A stretch of DNA of 64,000 bases, taken from positions 861,252-925,251 of the forward strand of contig NMRA01000010.1 in NCBI GenBank assembly GCA_002633005.1, written 5' to 3'. Position 1 is the stretch's first letter; every line of letters starts with the position of its first letter. The notes beneath the pieces are model-generated. The model saw nothing but the letters and a program-made list of their open reading frames with translations, was not told where the DNA came from and ran no database searches. This document shows, piece by piece, positions 61,269 through 64,000 of this stretch. The stretch comes from Phoronis australis. Lineage: Eukaryota > Animalia > Phoronida. Both the position numbers and the translations under genes were made by a program.

Positions 61269-63277
61269 GTGCGTGCGTGTGCGTGTATGTTTATGTATAT
61301 GCATATGTGTATATATAGATGTAGACGTAAGAATGTAAGAACGTAAGATGTATATGTATGTGTGTGTGCGTGTGCGTGCGTGTATGTTTATGTATATGCA
61401 TATGCGTATATATAGATGTAGATGTAAGAATGTAAGATGTATATGTACTTATGTGTGTGTGCGTGTGCGTGCGTTGGCGTGTATATTTATGTGTATATAT
61501 AGATGTAGATGTAAAAATATATTACTAAGAATGTAAGATGTATAGGTATGTATGTGTNAACGAATTCCAAGTGTGGGATTGGGTTTGTCAGGGCAATACC
61601 CTATAAGTATTGAATTTAAGTCTTTTTTCAAAGCTCATTAATTTGAGAAAAAATCATTTCAGATGAGGTATTAATAACTTTCGGACACATTTTGCGATCT
61701 GCATTCCACATAACTTTAATGAGTAATAATTGAATTGGAAGATTTTCAGTGTTAAGAACTGTGATTTTTCAATAGATGTCGCTAGCATCGAAGATTGTAC
61801 CAAGCCCCGATTGGTTCGTCGGCGTAGACAGTCTTGAGCTGTGCCAGGATGGGGAATGGGGCCACTCTGCTACAGTAAATCTGGGGCCAATCGACGCAGG
61901 TACAGACCGCGGACTGACATTTACAGCACCCAGATGGCCAACCAGACCACCGAAAGTGATTCACAAGATTACGTCGGATTATCCTAGCCAAGAAGCGAGC
62001 TCGTTTTTCTATCCTAGTGCTCCTAGGCTGCCCCCTATGGGTCAGTTAGCGGTGAGACTTGTGAGCTGGTTGGACGGGGAGCCATCTGTTTTTCAGACAA
62101 ACCACCTGATACCTGGGCATATGGACATTGGTGGAGGCGGCGAAAAAGTTCTTAGAGTCAGCCCAGGTTGGTACATTTACAATTCACGACAAGAATCATT
62201 GATTAACAAAAACCTGGCGATTGTGTCGCTCACCGTTGCTTCATTGTACTTCACCTGAGAGAAAAACACAACTCAGTTTAATAGATGGTCACTACGTCCT
62301 CACTGTGCCATCTGCTGGATCACGTGGCTCATGACGGGTGGGTGTGCTATCCCCACAAACATCTAGCCATCCATCCAAGCATATTATATATACATGAATG
62401 TGTGTTTGTGCGTGTATGCGTACGTGTGCCTGTGTGTAGTCGCTCACCAGGAAGAGCTTGCCAATTCCCGTCTCCAACCCCTGACTCATCTCTTCCATGT
62501 TTATATGCAAGTTCACATGGAATTTGCCGCGGCTTTTCTACAAAGTGACCTACACAGTACATGCGAATGACATCATCAGTGTCCTTTTGAAATGGATTTG
62601 TATATGCTGTGTAAATGACCGTGCAAGGAGCATATACTGCTAACAGTGTAATTAATATTTATTAGAAATAGATAATTATTTGTGATTGGTTGCTTACACG
62701 CTGGCATTAAAGGACATAAGAAAACTTAGTTGACCCTACACTGTAATTTATTACAAAAGATTTTTTATTTTGTGAATTCTCCTATCAACACAATGATATG
62801 AATGCATATGAATGGTGTGATATGAGAGACATGACTGGCATAATTTATCATGCGGGGGTTATCACCTATCATGATGATTTATGACGTATTGTGATCAAAG
62901 AGAATGTCTGAGCACAGTGACTGATCATCATTTGTTATCAAACTGACTATATGTATCAACAAAAAATTGTGTTTTTTGATTTTCGAGATATCAAACTCCA
63001 TTCAAATTCTGTCTTCTTAAAAATTTTGAATCTTCCAGGTACCTTGTCTGTCGACTGCAATGTATCCGAGTGGAGTGCCTGGTCGCTGTGCTCCAAAACA
63101 TGCGGTTTTGGACAAAAGAGTCGTCAACGCGCGATAGTAGCGCCCCCGGAAAATGGCGGCGCCTCTTGCCCTTTGCTTAGACAAGAACAACTTTGCGGAA
63201 GCATGCGAAATTGTCGATGGAGGCATTTTGACTTCAGTCGAATAGGCTTAAAGTTGAATCGATTAGGTTCTCCTTAA
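56786..63277 (+). CDS. SPON2: Spondin-2/mindin-like secreted protein (signal peptide, Spond_N/FS domain, one TSP1 repeat), ~343 aa
   Basis: Join(+): 56786-56975, 57799-58010, 61776-62166, 63039-63277, phases 1/0/1 compatible. Motifs [47 protein letters not shown]. Confidence 0.9.
57039..57120. repeat. 17-bp minisatellite GTACCGGGGTGGGTAGA x ~4.5 in spondin intron 1
   Basis: Direct reading. Confidence 0.9.
57799..58010 (+). CDS. SPON2: Spondin-2-like coding exon 2
   Basis: ttgcag|; [11 protein letters not shown]...[12 protein letters not shown]...VDSNHTK; AAG|gtacta. Confidence 0.9.
61211..61557. repeat. Compound (TA)/(TG) microsatellite with a higher-order ~95-bp repeat x3, ending at N61558
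   Basis: Recurring gtgtgcgtg...tatgtttatgtatatgcatatg...atatagatgtagatgtaagaatgtaag blocks. Confidence 0.9.
61776..62166 (+). CDS. SPON2: Spondin-2-like coding exon 3
   Basis: aatag|; [18 protein letters not shown]...[13 protein letters not shown]; donor CAG|gttggt (3' boundary less certain). Confidence 0.85.
63039..63277 (+). CDS. SPON2: Spondin-2-like terminal exon (TSP1 repeat)
   Basis: ttccag|; [27 protein letters not shown]...NGGASCP; TAA stop. Confidence 0.9.
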
Positions 63278-64000
63278 TCATGTATTTACAACCACGGGCC
63301 AGGTTCTAATCTCCGAACTCCGACTTGATTCAAACTAGACTGTGCCAACTAGTAAAAGTATTTATTTTCTGAAAGGAGAAAGACCAGCGAATATAAAAAT
63401 ACTCTTGATACTTACGTGTCATTGTTATTATAACGTGACCATCTTGTTTAAGTCAGATTTTCACTTTTTAAAAAAGGTACATTCAGAGCACAACAACACT
63501 CACTTGGTCGATTTTTACGAAACCTTCTTCAAATGAAAACTTGACCGATTTCTCTCAAAAGGCTCTTAGGAATTTTTGATTATTCAGTTAGTTTAATTTA
63601 TGCGCCAAATTCACTCGCAAAATGTACGGCGGTCGTGTTTGTCGATGGCACGGTACAATCAGACTAGGCGTTTAAAAAATCCTAACAACCTTTTTGAGAT
63701 AGATAAATAAACAAAAACACAAAATTGCACTGTTGTAGGGCGACTGATTTTGGCTAATGTTGAAACTCAGTTGTTCAAGAGGATGAAAAGATAGTCAAAA
63801 CATTTTATGTTTAACTTACCTGTATCACACCTAAATTGTCATTGTTGAAAGCGACAAAAACTCTTTATTGTCAAGCAAATACAGCTGCATCACGTGTTTT
63901 GAAACCACAGTGCAGATGTCGCGATATGCCCCCCCATCACTTGCCTTTCAGTTATTTGATAAACTGGTGTACCCAACATTGTGTTAGGGTGCCGAGATTT

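Overview
AT-rich, intron-rich animal (invertebrate-like) genomic DNA, not prokaryotic. Most of the short ORFs in the supplied track are spurious, and the real genes only appear after splicing. Minus strand: two tandem paralogous genes (copy 1 at 3252-23301, copy 2 at 30434-47860). Each is built from 14 coding exons that encode two complete thiopurine S-methyltransferase (TPMT)-family domains fused in frame through a Pro/Ser/Thr-rich linker exon (about 506 and 515 aa). All 14 exons are visible for copy 2. Copy 1 shows 13, and the missing one falls at an N gap. All splice phases were checked by hand and are compatible. Plus strand: a 4-coding-exon spondin-2/mindin-like gene (signal peptide + Spond_N + one TSP1 repeat, about 343 aa) at 56786-63277. 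Introns and intergenic DNA carry MITEs, a 3-kb TIR element just upstream of copy 1, a polymorphic solo LTR, decayed THAP and CxC/KDZ-like transposase fragments, and mini/microsatellites. Single-N junctions (4947, 16954, 24704, 26704, 61558) mark contig joins. Two of them create probable false duplications and one hides an exon.
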